Shown here: positions 26,780-36,087 of the stretch, piece by piece | Layout of the letters: each line of letters starts with the position of its first letter | Position numbering within the stretch: position 1 is the first letter of the stretch | NCBI GenBank assembly: GCA_041660885.1 | Contig: JBAZVM010000003.1 | Coordinates: forward strand, 38,894 to 102,893 | Origin: Patescibacteria group bacterium | GTDB taxonomy: Bacteria > Patescibacteriota > Patescibacteriia > UBA9570 > JAHJKD01 | Direction of reading: 5' to 3' | DNA: 64,000 nucleotides | The notes under the pieces: generated by a model | What the model saw: the letters and a program-made list of their open reading frames with translations, nothing else | Told to the model about the DNA's origin: nothing | The model's database searches: none | Translations under genes and position numbers: made by a program

Positions 26780-28636
26780 TTATTTCGTTTTGAAAGTTTT
26801 ATAATCGGACCAAACAACAGAGTAACCTTTTTTATTAATGGCGCGCACTCTTACCTTGTAATTTGTTTGCGTTTTTAAGCCTTTTATTAATTTAGTATTG
26901 GCCGTGAATTTCTTTTTGGTGCGCACTCTTTTTACCAGAGAATCATCGCTTTTTCTAATTTCAAGCTGGTATCCTTTCTTAGATTTTTTAATCCTTTTAA
27001 AGGTGACAGTAGCGCGAGTGGTGCCGCGGCTGGCAAGCCTTACTCTTTTTACTGGTTGATTTATATAAGCAATCGTTCCGGAATTTAAGCTGAACATTTC
27101 TTCGGTGTTATCTGTTACGCTGAGTTCTCCGACAAGCGTGTCTACCTGGCCATCCGGATTCTGCACGGTTATATTCAAGTATCCGGCGTTCATGCCTTTG
27201 GGCGCGGTGCAAGTTAAGGAGTATCCATCGCTTGCGACCGTCGCGTTTAAGCAAGGAAAATCACCAATCATAACTTTTGCCCCATTTTCTATATAGAATC
27301 CGCTTACGGTTAAAACGTTATCGACATCATTCACAATAGTTTCCGGTGAAACGCTGCTTAAAGTTGGCGCGTAATCGGTGGTGACGGTAAGCGCATTTTT
27401 TAGAACCGTGGATTGAGAACCGTTGACTACTTTAATGTTATAAAGGCCCGCGGTTAAGTAGGGTAGAGTAATTTCTATTTGATTGTTGCCTATGGCCGCC
27501 ACTTCTGAAGCCGCAGTTTCCACGCCGTTTAATACAAAATAGACTAGCGATGATGAAGTGAAGTTATTGCCATAAAGATCAATAAATCCGCCTGATTGCA
27601 CTACATTCGGTATGGGGGCGGCGTTATTAATATCAACATCGGCGTATGCGGCAGCCGCGGAAGGGCAATCTCCATTTAACATAGGGAAAATTACGTATTT
27701 CCCCTTTGGAAGCAAAACGGTATTATCCGCGGTACCGGACGCAACGACTTTATTGGTGCCATAAGAATTAATCCAGAAACCGGCGGCGTCGGTTAGAGAG
27801 ATGGATACGGTTTGCGATTTTAACAACTCAAAAGTGCCGCCGTTTAACTGAATGCCCCAATCTCCGCAAGATTGTTCGGCGGTGATGTTGGTAGAAAAAT
27901 CCGGATCAGCTTCCGAAGTCCCTTCATTAGTTATGGCCACATCATCGACAAACCAGCCGCGAAAAGCGTTATAACGGTAGTCTCTTGAATCAAAATAGAA
28001 ACGAATATAAACAGTACCGCCGGCGTAAGAATCCAAACTAAAAGTATGGTCTACCCACTGGCCCGCTTGGCCTAATCCGCCGGAAGTATATGGTTTAAAT
28101 GATTCGCCGTTTACATCGTTGATAGGGTTAATGCTGTCTAATTCTGTAAAATTTACGCCATCGGTGGAAGCTTGCACATACATCATGTCGTATGTATTCA
28201 CATCTACGCCTTCGATTTCCCACCATGTGGCAAATTCCAAAGTAGCATTGGTTTGCGCGGAAAGATCAATAGCCGGAGACATCAAGTAGCCGGTGTTGGC
28301 CTCGTTTGATAGCCCGCCGTTTTTAGCGGTTTGATTAGCCGTGTTATAGGCGCCGATATAAGTGCCGGTGGCATCCTCGCCATACCACCAAGCAGTGGAA
28401 CCGGAGTAAGCGGAAGGCAAAGAGCCGTCGTCTGGCAGTGAAATTAAATCGGGATTCAACGCAGAACTGACGCTGATATTTTCCGGATTGGTGATTTGGT
28501 GCCAGAATCCCGTGGATGTCCACCCGTTGGCGCCGGTTTCCATGTCGTCAAAAAAGATATTTTCCGCTTTAGCTGGTAATGCCTGGAACAAGCCAAAGCA
28601 AAGGGCTAAAGCCGAAATTAACAATGTTTTTTTCAT
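26780..28636 (-). CDS. Secreted protein with an N-terminal jelly-roll (MAM/LamG-like) domain, IPT/TIG-like repeats and a C-terminal basic FN3 module
   Basis: Signal peptide; ENIFFDDMETGANGWTSTGFWH..., ATLEFATWWEIEG; two Ig-like repeats (..LTVSGFYIENGAKVMIGDFPC..); C-terminus YQLEIRKSD..YKVRVRAINKKG..WSDYKTFKTK. It is convergent with the 25441 gene, with a 1-nt gap. Confidence 0.7.
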   Translation of the reverse strand: MKKTLLISALALCFGLFQALPAKAENIFFDDMETGANGWTSTGFWHQITNPENISVSSALNPDLISLPDDGSLPSAYSGSTAWWYGEDATGTYIGAYNTANQTAKNGGLSNEANTGYLMSPAIDLSAQTNATLEFATWWEIEGVDVNTYDMMYVQASTDGVNFTELDSINPINDVNGESFKPYTSGGLGQAGQWVDHTFSLDSYAGGTVYIRFYFDSRDYRYNAFRGWFVDDVAITNEGTSEADPDFSTNITAEQSCGDWGIQLNGGTFELLKSQTVSISLTDAAGFWINSYGTNKVVASGTADNTVLLPKGKYVIFPMLNGDCPSAAAAYADVDINNAAPIPNVVQSGGFIDLYGNNFTSSSLVYFVLNGVETAASEVAAIGNNQIEITLPYLTAGLYNIKVVNGSQSTVLKNALTVTTDYAPTLSSVSPETIVNDVDNVLTVSGFYIENGAKVMIGDFPCLNATVASDGYSLTCTAPKGMNAGYLNITVQNPDGQVDTLVGELSVTDNTEEMFSLNSGTIAYINQPVKRVRLASRGTTRATVTFKRIKKSKKGYQLEIRKSDDSLVKRVRTKKKFTANTKLIKGLKTQTNYKVRVRAINKKGYSVVWSDYKTFKTK

Positions 28637-28767
28637 AATTTTTGGTTATTTTTTATTAGATATCAAAATATATATTTATTATATCATATTATTGCCATTA
28701 AAAAAATTTGTTGTTCAACCGGCTCTGTAGTATAATATATTTAATATAATTAACTTGGAGGAAAAAT

Positions 28768-29931
28768 ATGTCATTGTTAAAAAACAAAATTGGCTTGAAA
28801 TTGGGAGTCCTAACGCTTTTTTGCGTTATGGGATTTTCCGCCCTGCCGGCTTTGGCCGCGGAAGTGGAAATAGTTAATGGTACGCTGCAGTATCCAGATG
28901 CTTCAGCCGCTTCAGGCGTGCACGTGGAAATGCACACTTCCAATGGTGATATTATGGTAACAGGCACAACAGATGTCAGCGGAAATTTTAGTTTTGTTTA
29001 CGAAAGCGCTACGCTCGATGGTAAAACTTTAACAGTGGAATTAACTCCCCCGACCGGTTATAACCGTCCCACCACGAATTATCCGTATAGCTTCACTTAT
29101 ACTGCAGGGGACTCAGTTAGAGCAATAGGCACATGGACATTAGTGACTGCGCCCAAAACCATTAATGTGACGGTAGTGAACGATCTAGGCGCCGCAGTTG
29201 ACGCTGATGTAGTGGCGTATTCTTTAAGCAGCACTCTGGGTTCAGATGTAGGCGGCAGCACCGGAGCGGACGGCTTATATAGCATATCTATAACCGGCGG
29301 TGATTGGTATGTAAAAGCCGATGCCAATTTAAGCACTACCAATGCCGATTCTTACCCATGGATGTTCGCGGGAGCGGCGCAGAAAGTATCTTTCGCGCAA
29401 GACAGTTCCGCGGAAAGCACAGACTTAACTTTTACCGTCACAACCACGCAATCTCGCGTGCAAGCTCGATTCTTGGATTCTTCCGGCGCGATTTTAACCG
29501 GCAATGATTTTGATGCCGATATTACTTTTATCAGATCAGACGGCATTTCTACCAGAAGAAAGGTAAATGCTTCCGGCATTGTTGATGTATATTTGCTGCC
29601 CGGCATATATCGGGTTTGGCCGGATCATCCGCAAATAACCAGTACGCAAACTTTTTTAGATGAAAATGTTGTGTTTATCGTGGCGGATAATGAGAATAAA
29701 AATTTAGGAGACATTCAAGCAATCAATAAAGGCTCGCATATAACCGGTAAAGTTATCAATCAAGATAATGACGTAGTTTCCGGAGCGCAGTTACTTTTAA
29801 CGAGAGAGGGTTCACCGGAAAGGCAATACGGTTCCACTGACAGTTACGGAGAATATTCTTTTTTAGTGGGTCCCGGCAATTACACTATAGTTCTTGGTAC
29901 TTCCGGCTTGGTAACCGAGTATACTTTATAA
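28768..29931 (+). CDS. Secreted Ig/carboxypeptidase-regulatory-like repeat protein, N-terminal part of a split gene
   Basis: RBS GGAGG 7 nt upstream; signal peptide; repeated ~90-aa beta-sandwich units (GTV.D..G.P..GA.V). It ends at TAA 29929-29931, in the same frame as the next ORF. Confidence 0.7.
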   Translation: MSLLKNKIGLKLGVLTLFCVMGFSALPALAAEVEIVNGTLQYPDASAASGVHVEMHTSNGDIMVTGTTDVSGNFSFVYESATLDGKTLTVELTPPTGYNRPTTNYPYSFTYTAGDSVRAIGTWTLVTAPKTINVTVVNDLGAAVDADVVAYSLSSTLGSDVGGSTGADGLYSISITGGDWYVKADANLSTTNADSYPWMFAGAAQKVSFAQDSSAESTDLTFTVTTTQSRVQARFLDSSGAILTGNDFDADITFIRSDGISTRRKVNASGIVDVYLLPGIYRVWPDHPQITSTQTFLDENVVFIVADNENKNLGDIQAINKGSHITGKVINQDNDVVSGAQLLLTREGSPERQYGSTDSYGEYSFLVGPGNYTIVLGTSGLVTEYTL

Positions 29932-29949
29932 AGTCCCGCGACCGCATCC

Positions 29950-32118
29950 GTGGCCTCTAATAATGAAACGATAGACGATTTAAATTTAGAAGTGTTTAAA
30001 AATAATATTACCATACAAGGAACGGTAAACCATAACAGCGCGGCCGTGGAGAATTTCTATGGCACCATTGTCGTACAAAGCGCCAGCGCTACTGATACTT
30101 ATTTTACCGCCATAGATCCGGATGGCACCTATGAAATAAATTTACCCACCAGCGCGATTTCCGCGGAAGAGCTTGAAGTCAGCATGATTACTCAGCCGGG
30201 CGCGAATTTATATTTGCCGAGTTCGGAAAAGAAAACAGTCACCGTAGACGCGGGCACTTACGAAAAAAATCTTGCCTTATCCGATGAAGACGCGGTGATC
30301 AGCGGCAGTATCACCAATTTATCTGGCGGGGCTATAGCCGATTTGGGCACAAATGCCACTATCGTAGCCATGAACACAAAAGGTTCAGTGGAAACTGCAA
30401 TTGTCGGAAGCGATGAAAACTACAGCATGACAGTCGCTCCGGGCGATTGGACATTGGGAGTAAAGCTGGAGAATGAAGATTTAGCCACTATTGTGGCAGC
30501 TTCGGGAAATTATTTGCAAACAACAGCTGCTTCGGGAAACGAAGCTAATGTAGATATCCCCGTAGCGGAAAAACAGGCCACTATAACCGGTACAGTTACC
30601 GATAACGAAGGCCATGGGGTGGCAGCTGCTCCTTTAGTGCTCACTAATTTATCGGCCTTACAAGCTTCTGATGACGAAGTAAATCCCGCGGAAGTTGTTT
30701 ATATTGCCGCGCAAACGGATGAAAATGGCGATTATAGCGCTTCAGTACCTGTTGGGACTTTTACCATAAACGCCGGAACTAATCCTAATGTGGAAAGTTT
30801 AATGGAACCGGTCTCGGTGACGGCCACAGTGGCCGCAGCCGGTACGGCTGACGCGGATTTATCTTATCGCACGGCCGATAAAACTTTATCCGGTGAAGTA
30901 AGCGTGGGCACCGGCACTATTATGGATGGCAAAGTGATAGCGTATTCCAATAACGGCGGATATGCCGAAGCTGATATTGATAGTAATAACGGCTATTCTT
31001 TGGCCTTGGTGGCCGGAGAATGGGAAGTCATTGCTTCCGGCTTGGTCAATAATAAATTATATGCCAGTTCTGTTAACACGGTGAACATTGAAAATGCTTC
31101 AAATTCTTTAGATTTAACCATGATGAGCACGGGCCAAGATGTGCCTGGTGTTTCTTCCATAACCAAAGGTGGAGACGAATTAATAGCGATCGGCAATGAT
31201 GCCGGAGTTGCTGCCATGATTCAGCCTTATGGCGCGGTGTTCTCCGGAGATGTATCCGTGGAATTATCTCCGGTGGCTGAAGTATCTCCGACATCCAATG
31301 GTTTGCAAGCCAGTTTATCGTACGAATTGCGCGTGACATCCGATGATAAAGAAGTCACCCAGCTTAATATTCCGGCTACAATTGTCATGCCCATTGCCAC
31401 AGACGGGGAAATCAGCGGCGTGGCCGTTGATAGCAGTAAATTGGCCGCGCAATATTGGAGCCCGGAAGAAGAAATGTGGCAGCCCGATGGCGTCACCGGA
31501 GTGGTGGATACGGAAAATAATCGCGTGATCATCCAAACGGATCATCTTTCCCGCTTTTCCGTAACCGGTCCGGAAAGTTCCGCGCCGGCTAAAATTAGAA
31601 ATGTGCGGGTGCCGGATAAATACAGAAAAGCCAGGCAAGTGCGAGTACGTTGGCAAGCCGATGCCAAAGCGGATAGATATGTTTTGCAATTGCGCACCAA
31701 AAAAGGCGTGAAAGTGAAATATTTTTCCGTGAACAAGCACAGCCGTATAATCAGGAAGAAATATTTAGTGGCCAATAAAGCGTATAAAGCGCGCGTCAGA
31801 GGCATAAACAGCCTTGGCGAAACCGGCGCTTGGTCTGATTACAAAAATTTCCGTACCAAACCGGGCAAAGTGCGCGATGTCAGCTTCAACCAAAGTAATT
31901 CTATGGTCACCTTTCTTGCCGGACGAGGCGCTCATTTAACCTACCAAATAAAATTAATGGACGAAGACGGCAAAAAACTGCGCTTAATCAAGGCGACCAC
32001 AACCAAGAAAGTTATCAGCAGCTTAGAAACCGGCACCACTTATAAAATAAAAGTAAGAGCCAAATACGATAAAGACAATATCGGCGTTTGGAGCGATCAA
32101 CTTACTATTACTAAGTAA
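29950..32118 (+). CDS. Ig/carboxypeptidase-regulatory-like repeat protein with two C-terminal basic FN3 modules (C-terminal part of a split gene)
   Basis: No signal peptide or RBS, and the ORF-track start is a GTG. It lies in the same frame as 28768-29931. The C-terminus carries two tandem FN3 modules (..YVLQLRTKKG..YKARVRGIN..WSDYKNFRTKPG.. and ..YQIKLMDEDGKK..YKIKVRAKY..WSDQLTITK). Confidence 0.65.
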   Translation: MASNNETIDDLNLEVFKNNITIQGTVNHNSAAVENFYGTIVVQSASATDTYFTAIDPDGTYEINLPTSAISAEELEVSMITQPGANLYLPSSEKKTVTVDAGTYEKNLALSDEDAVISGSITNLSGGAIADLGTNATIVAMNTKGSVETAIVGSDENYSMTVAPGDWTLGVKLENEDLATIVAASGNYLQTTAASGNEANVDIPVAEKQATITGTVTDNEGHGVAAAPLVLTNLSALQASDDEVNPAEVVYIAAQTDENGDYSASVPVGTFTINAGTNPNVESLMEPVSVTATVAAAGTADADLSYRTADKTLSGEVSVGTGTIMDGKVIAYSNNGGYAEADIDSNNGYSLALVAGEWEVIASGLVNNKLYASSVNTVNIENASNSLDLTMMSTGQDVPGVSSITKGGDELIAIGNDAGVAAMIQPYGAVFSGDVSVELSPVAEVSPTSNGLQASLSYELRVTSDDKEVTQLNIPATIVMPIATDGEISGVAVDSSKLAAQYWSPEEEMWQPDGVTGVVDTENNRVIIQTDHLSRFSVTGPESSAPAKIRNVRVPDKYRKARQVRVRWQADAKADRYVLQLRTKKGVKVKYFSVNKHSRIIRKKYLVANKAYKARVRGINSLGETGAWSDYKNFRTKPGKVRDVSFNQSNSMVTFLAGRGAHLTYQIKLMDEDGKKLRLIKATTTKKVISSLETGTTYKIKVRAKYDKDNIGVWSDQLTITK

Positions 32119-32938
32119 GAATTTTCATTAAGCGGTTAAATCCACCCAGATCTTTTAGGATAACTATTTTTGCTAGAGGATAATACTTTAACGCGATTCT
32201 TTTTACTATAGCGCTTTGTTTATGCCCGCTTTCCAGCATAATGAAGCCATTTTTTGCCATAAAATTTTGGCTTTGCTTAAAGAAAGAATTCAATAATTTT
32301 TGAAAATCATTTGGCGTTAGAGCTATTTGAGGCTCATAACGCAAACTCTTTTTTTTCGCTTCGTTTTTGGTTAAGTAGGGCGGATTAAAAAGAATCAAAT
32401 CAATTTTATTTTTGTATTTGGCCGGGATATTCTTAAGCAGATCGCTCTTAAAGAAAATTATTTTGGTATTATTCAGCTTGGCATTTTTTTTAGCAATAGC
32501 CAGAGCCTTAGAGGAAATATCAGAAGCCAGCATTAATGATTTCGGAGAATTCTTTTTTACGGCAATAGCCACGCAGCCCGAACCCGTGCCAACATCTACT
32601 ATAGTATTCTTTCCGGATAATAATTTTAAAGCTTCTTCCACCATTAATTCCGTATCCGGGCGGGGGATAAGCACATTTTTATTTACTAAAAATTGAAGGC
32701 TGAAAAATTCTTTAGAACCGGTAATATAGGCGATAGGCTCTGCCTTTTTTCTTCTTTCCACCAGTTTAATGAATTTATTTTCTGTATTTTTAGCAATATT
32801 TTTTTCCGGATGAGAATATAAAAAATAACGCGGCTTATGAAGCATGCAGCTTAATAATACTTCCGCGTCTAAAAGGGGAGTAGCCGTAAAAGAGCGCAGT
32901 TTTTTGCTGGCTTTTTCAAGCAGCTTGGCTATGGTCAT
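32111..32938 (-). CDS. prmC: Release-factor glutamine N5-methyltransferase PrmC/HemK
   Basis: SAM-binding motif VDVGTGSGCVAIA, catalytic NPPY (LILFNPPYL), and a position downstream of prfA. Confidence 0.85.
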   Translation of the reverse strand: MTIAKLLEKASKKLRSFTATPLLDAEVLLSCMLHKPRYFLYSHPEKNIAKNTENKFIKLVERRKKAEPIAYITGSKEFFSLQFLVNKNVLIPRPDTELMVEEALKLLSGKNTIVDVGTGSGCVAIAVKKNSPKSLMLASDISSKALAIAKKNAKLNNTKIIFFKSDLLKNIPAKYKNKIDLILFNPPYLTKNEAKKKSLRYEPQIALTPNDFQKLLNSFFKQSQNFMAKNGFIMLESGHKQSAIVKRIALKYYPLAKIVILKDLGGFNRLMKILT

Positions 32939-33912
32939 TATTCGTTTAAAACAGCTTCGTTAGTAAGCGTAATCACTTCGTTATGGCTATCGATAATGCT
33001 TTCGTAATCGGTTTGAATGGAGGAATCGTAATCGGCAATGGTTTCGCTGGTTACTTTGCCCGCGTCGTAATCCGTTAACAATGTATTAAAATCCGTTACA
33101 AAGTTTTCCAAGGCTATTTTATAATTTTCATCAAAATATTGTTTTACCGATTGCGTATTGGCCTCGGAAAAATCCATTTCTTCCAAAGAACTGAAAGTTT
33201 GTTCTTTGTGATCCAATAAAGTTTGGTAATTTTCTCGAACCGTGGCCGGCTCGCTGACAACATCCCAATCATCCATGTAAGCGTTATATAGATTTTCCGA
33301 ATCCGTTGTTAAATAATCAATGGTGGCGTTTAATCTTTCCAAAGGGTCTTCGCTGCTCAAGCTGGCTTTATCCACCGAAGTAGATTGGTAAGTTTCCAAT
33401 TGAGTGAATATGGCGTCTTCCGCTGTTTGGAAAGAGGAATACGCTTCTTGTATTTGGGTTTCAAATTCCACTGCTTTGGCCGCATCTGTTTTATAAGTTT
33501 GGTTGGCGTAATATTGCCCAACTTCATCATATTTGGTTACATAGGCTTCATATTTCGCGATATAATCTTGCAATAAGCCTTCTATGGTATTTTGTTTTTC
33601 CGTGGCGGAGATTTTCATGCTTGTCCCTAATAAAATCGTTTTCATGGCTTCCAATTGGGTAGTGGCTTCTGTTTTGTTCGCGGTATCAAAAGTTATTTCA
33701 TCTTCGGCTTTAACTTCCAGAGGAACGCTATCTTCGTAATTGGAATGAAGCGTTTCTAATTTTGCGTCCGCTAGATTTAATTCTTCCACGTAAGTGTTAA
33801 AATAATCCATTTCATTCATAATTACGCCGGAATCGGAATCGTTCGCGTTAAAACAGCTAGCCCCGGTTAATACGAGCAGAGAAAGCAGCGCAATAATTTT
33901 TAAAGATTTCAT
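32938..33912 (-). CDS. Acidic secreted protein or lipoprotein (324 aa), hypothetical
   Basis: Signal peptide MKSLKIIALLSLLVLTGASCF, then a helical acidic sequence. Its stop overlaps the prmC start (TAATG). Confidence 0.6.
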   Translation of the reverse strand: MKSLKIIALLSLLVLTGASCFNANDSDSGVIMNEMDYFNTYVEELNLADAKLETLHSNYEDSVPLEVKAEDEITFDTANKTEATTQLEAMKTILLGTSMKISATEKQNTIEGLLQDYIAKYEAYVTKYDEVGQYYANQTYKTDAAKAVEFETQIQEAYSSFQTAEDAIFTQLETYQSTSVDKASLSSEDPLERLNATIDYLTTDSENLYNAYMDDWDVVSEPATVRENYQTLLDHKEQTFSSLEEMDFSEANTQSVKQYFDENYKIALENFVTDFNTLLTDYDAGKVTSETIADYDSSIQTDYESIIDSHNEVITLTNEAVLNE

Positions 33913-33942
33913 GATGATGTAAGTTACTTGTTAATTTTATAA

Positions 33943-35019
33943 TTATAGCATTTTTTGCAATTGAAGTTTATAGTCTTCGTCTTTCAGGGTGTTGATAATC
34001 ATATCCAAATTGCCGTTGAGAATTTTTTGAATTTCATGCCAGCTTTGTTTAATTCTGTGATCTGTAATCCTATCCTGCGGGTAATTATAGGTTCTGATTT
34101 TTTCGCTGCGGTCTCCGGTGCCGATCTGCGAGCGCCTTTGCGCGCCCAGTTTTTTTTCTTCTTCCTCGCGGATATGGGCGAGCAAGCGGGATTTTAAAAC
34201 TTTTAAAGCCTTGGCTTTATTTTTATGCTGAGATTTTTCATCCTGGCAGGTCACGATCATGCCCGAAGGAATATGCACGATGCGCACGGCGGAATCGGTA
34301 GTGTTCACGCTTTGACCGCCATGGCCGCCGGAGCGGAATACATCGATACGCAAATCGGAATCTTTAATATCCAAGTCCACGTCTTCGGCTTCGGGCAGAA
34401 CCGCCACCGTGGCCGTGGATGTATGCACGCGTCCGGATTTTTCCGTTTCCGGCACCCGCTGCACGCGATGCACGCCGCTTTCGTATTTCATTAAACCAAA
34501 AACATGGTATCCTTTTATTTCGAATATCGCTTCTTTAAAACCGCCTACGCCCGTAACGCTGCTGCTCATCATGTTAAGCTGCCATTTTTTTTCTTCCGCG
34601 TATTTGGTGTACATGCGGAATAATTCCGTGGCAAACAAGCCGGCTTCGTCTCCACCGGCTCCGGCGCGCAGTTCCACGATCACATCTTTTTCATCAAGCG
34701 GATCTTTCGGGAGTAAAGTTATTTCAATGGTTTTTTCCAGTTTATTTTTTTCCTCTTCCAGGCGCAAAATTTCTTCTTTGGCCAGGCTTTTCATTTCCGC
34801 GTCTTTTTCATTGATCGCGGATTTCTTGGCGTTTTCCAAAGCTCCGGAAGTTTCATTCAGTTTATTAAAAACATCAACCTGTTGTTTGATTTCTTCGTAT
34901 TCTTTGCTGGCTTTAATGTATTTTTGCGGATTGCCAATAATAACAGGATTGGCTAAATCCTGCTCTAAACCTTTTAACTTTTCCTGAAGTTTATGGAAAT
35001 GGGAAGTAATATCCGCCAT
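33943..35019 (-). CDS. prfA: Peptide chain release factor 1
   Basis: GGQ motif (SGGHGGQSVNTTDSAVRIVHIPSG) and RF1-type RVHTSTATVAVLPE. Confidence 0.92.
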   Translation of the reverse strand: MADITSHFHKLQEKLKGLEQDLANPVIIGNPQKYIKASKEYEEIKQQVDVFNKLNETSGALENAKKSAINEKDAEMKSLAKEEILRLEEEKNKLEKTIEITLLPKDPLDEKDVIVELRAGAGGDEAGLFATELFRMYTKYAEEKKWQLNMMSSSVTGVGGFKEAIFEIKGYHVFGLMKYESGVHRVQRVPETEKSGRVHTSTATVAVLPEAEDVDLDIKDSDLRIDVFRSGGHGGQSVNTTDSAVRIVHIPSGMIVTCQDEKSQHKNKAKALKVLKSRLLAHIREEEEKKLGAQRRSQIGTGDRSEKIRTYNYPQDRITDHRIKQSWHEIQKILNGNLDMIINTLKDEDYKLQLQKML

Positions 35020-35028
35020 AAAGCCTAG

Positions 35029-35325
35029 CTACGCTTCTTTTTCTACCTTGGGTTTTTTGTTGGCAGCTTTCTTGGCGCGTTTGGCTTTTTTGTTAACGTT
35101 TTTTCGGGTGGCTTTTGCAGCGGCCGCTTTCTTTTGTTTGGCTTCGAATTTTTCTACGCGGCGGGCCGTGTCTACAAATTTTTGCTTACCCGTAAAAAAC
35201 GGGTGGCAAGCCGAACATATTTCGGTGTTGATTGTTTCCACGGTCGAGCCGGTTTTAAAAGTATTGCCGCAGGCGCAAACCACCTTGGCATCTTTATAAT
35301 ATTTGGGGTGAATGTCTTTTTTCAT
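35029..35325 (-). CDS. rpmE: 50S ribosomal protein L31 with a Lys/Ala-rich C-terminal extension
   Basis: [10 protein letters not shown]...CACGNTF...[13 protein letters not shown] is the L31 signature. It is followed by about 35 aa of a [11 protein letters not shown]-type tail. Confidence 0.9.
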   Translation of the reverse strand: MKKDIHPKYYKDAKVVCACGNTFKTGSTVETINTEICSACHPFFTGKQKFVDTARRVEKFEAKQKKAAAAKATRKNVNKKAKRAKKAANKKPKVEKEA

Positions 35326-35371
35326 ATAGGCGCTATCTTAGCATTAATTAATTAAAAGTCAAATGTATTTA

Positions 35372-35932
35372 TTAAGGCATTATTCTCTGCACGAGATCCA
35401 CAATGGGGCTGAAATTAAGCACTTTTACCATAACCAAACCCTTGATATTTTTTTTTTCTATGGGGCCTTGTTGGCGGGAGTCTAAACTTACTTTGCGGTT
35501 ATCGCCGAGAAGCATGAAATGGTCGTCTGGAATTTTAAAATTTAATGTTTCGTTTTTCAAATTAGCCGGATCCAAATATGGTTCTTCCAATAAAAAAGAG
35601 TTGCCATTGGTTTCGGTGATTCTCACTTGTTTGTCTTTAATATCTATGGTTTCTCCGGGCAAAGCCACGATTCTTTTGATAACATACGGTTTATCGCTGG
35701 CGAATTTAGCCACCACGATATCTCCGCGTTTCGGTGTTTGCAAATGGTATTTCAGCTTGTTTATTAGTAAATAATCATAGCTGTAGTAATTCGGTTCCAT
35801 GGAAGTGCCTTTTACGTAAAAAGGCTCCATTAAAAAGGTTCTGATAGGTATAATAATAGCTAAAGAAATTACTATTACTTTAACTGTTTCAAATACTTTA
35901 TTTCCTTCCCATTTTTTGAAGGGATTTTTCAT
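35372..35932 (-). CDS. lepB: Signal peptidase I
   Basis: N-terminal TM helix; catalytic Ser box VKGTSMEPN; Lys box VIKRIVALPGE; GDNRKVSLDSR. Confidence 0.88.
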   Translation of the reverse strand: MKNPFKKWEGNKVFETVKVIVISLAIIIPIRTFLMEPFYVKGTSMEPNYYSYDYLLINKLKYHLQTPKRGDIVVAKFASDKPYVIKRIVALPGETIDIKDKQVRITETNGNSFLLEEPYLDPANLKNETLNFKIPDDHFMLLGDNRKVSLDSRQQGPIEKKNIKGLVMVKVLNFSPIVDLVQRIMP

Positions 35933-36087
35933 ATTTTATTTTTTGTAAATTAGACCGATTTATTCTATCTATTTTTATATCTTTTGTCAATTATTGTATT
36001 TTGCGGATTTATGATTTTGACACCCGTTTAATGTTGGTATAGAATCGAATAAAGTAGAAATAAGGCGACTCCCGCCTTATTTTTTGT

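Noticed and set aside
29929-29931. The in-frame TAA as evidence for an alternative genetic code
   Set aside because: TAA and TGA both terminate clearly complete, well-conserved genes throughout the window (for example, TGA ends 25441-26778 and TAA ends prfA and rpsB), and Trp is encoded by TGG. Known recodings in related lineages involve UGA, not UAA. The standard code is retained.
34409-34987. A 192-aa plus-strand ORF antisense to prfA, together with 33955-34494 and 35048-35355
   Set aside because: These are Ser/Phe/Leu-rich shadow ORFs of the highly conserved prfA and rpmE genes on the opposite strand.
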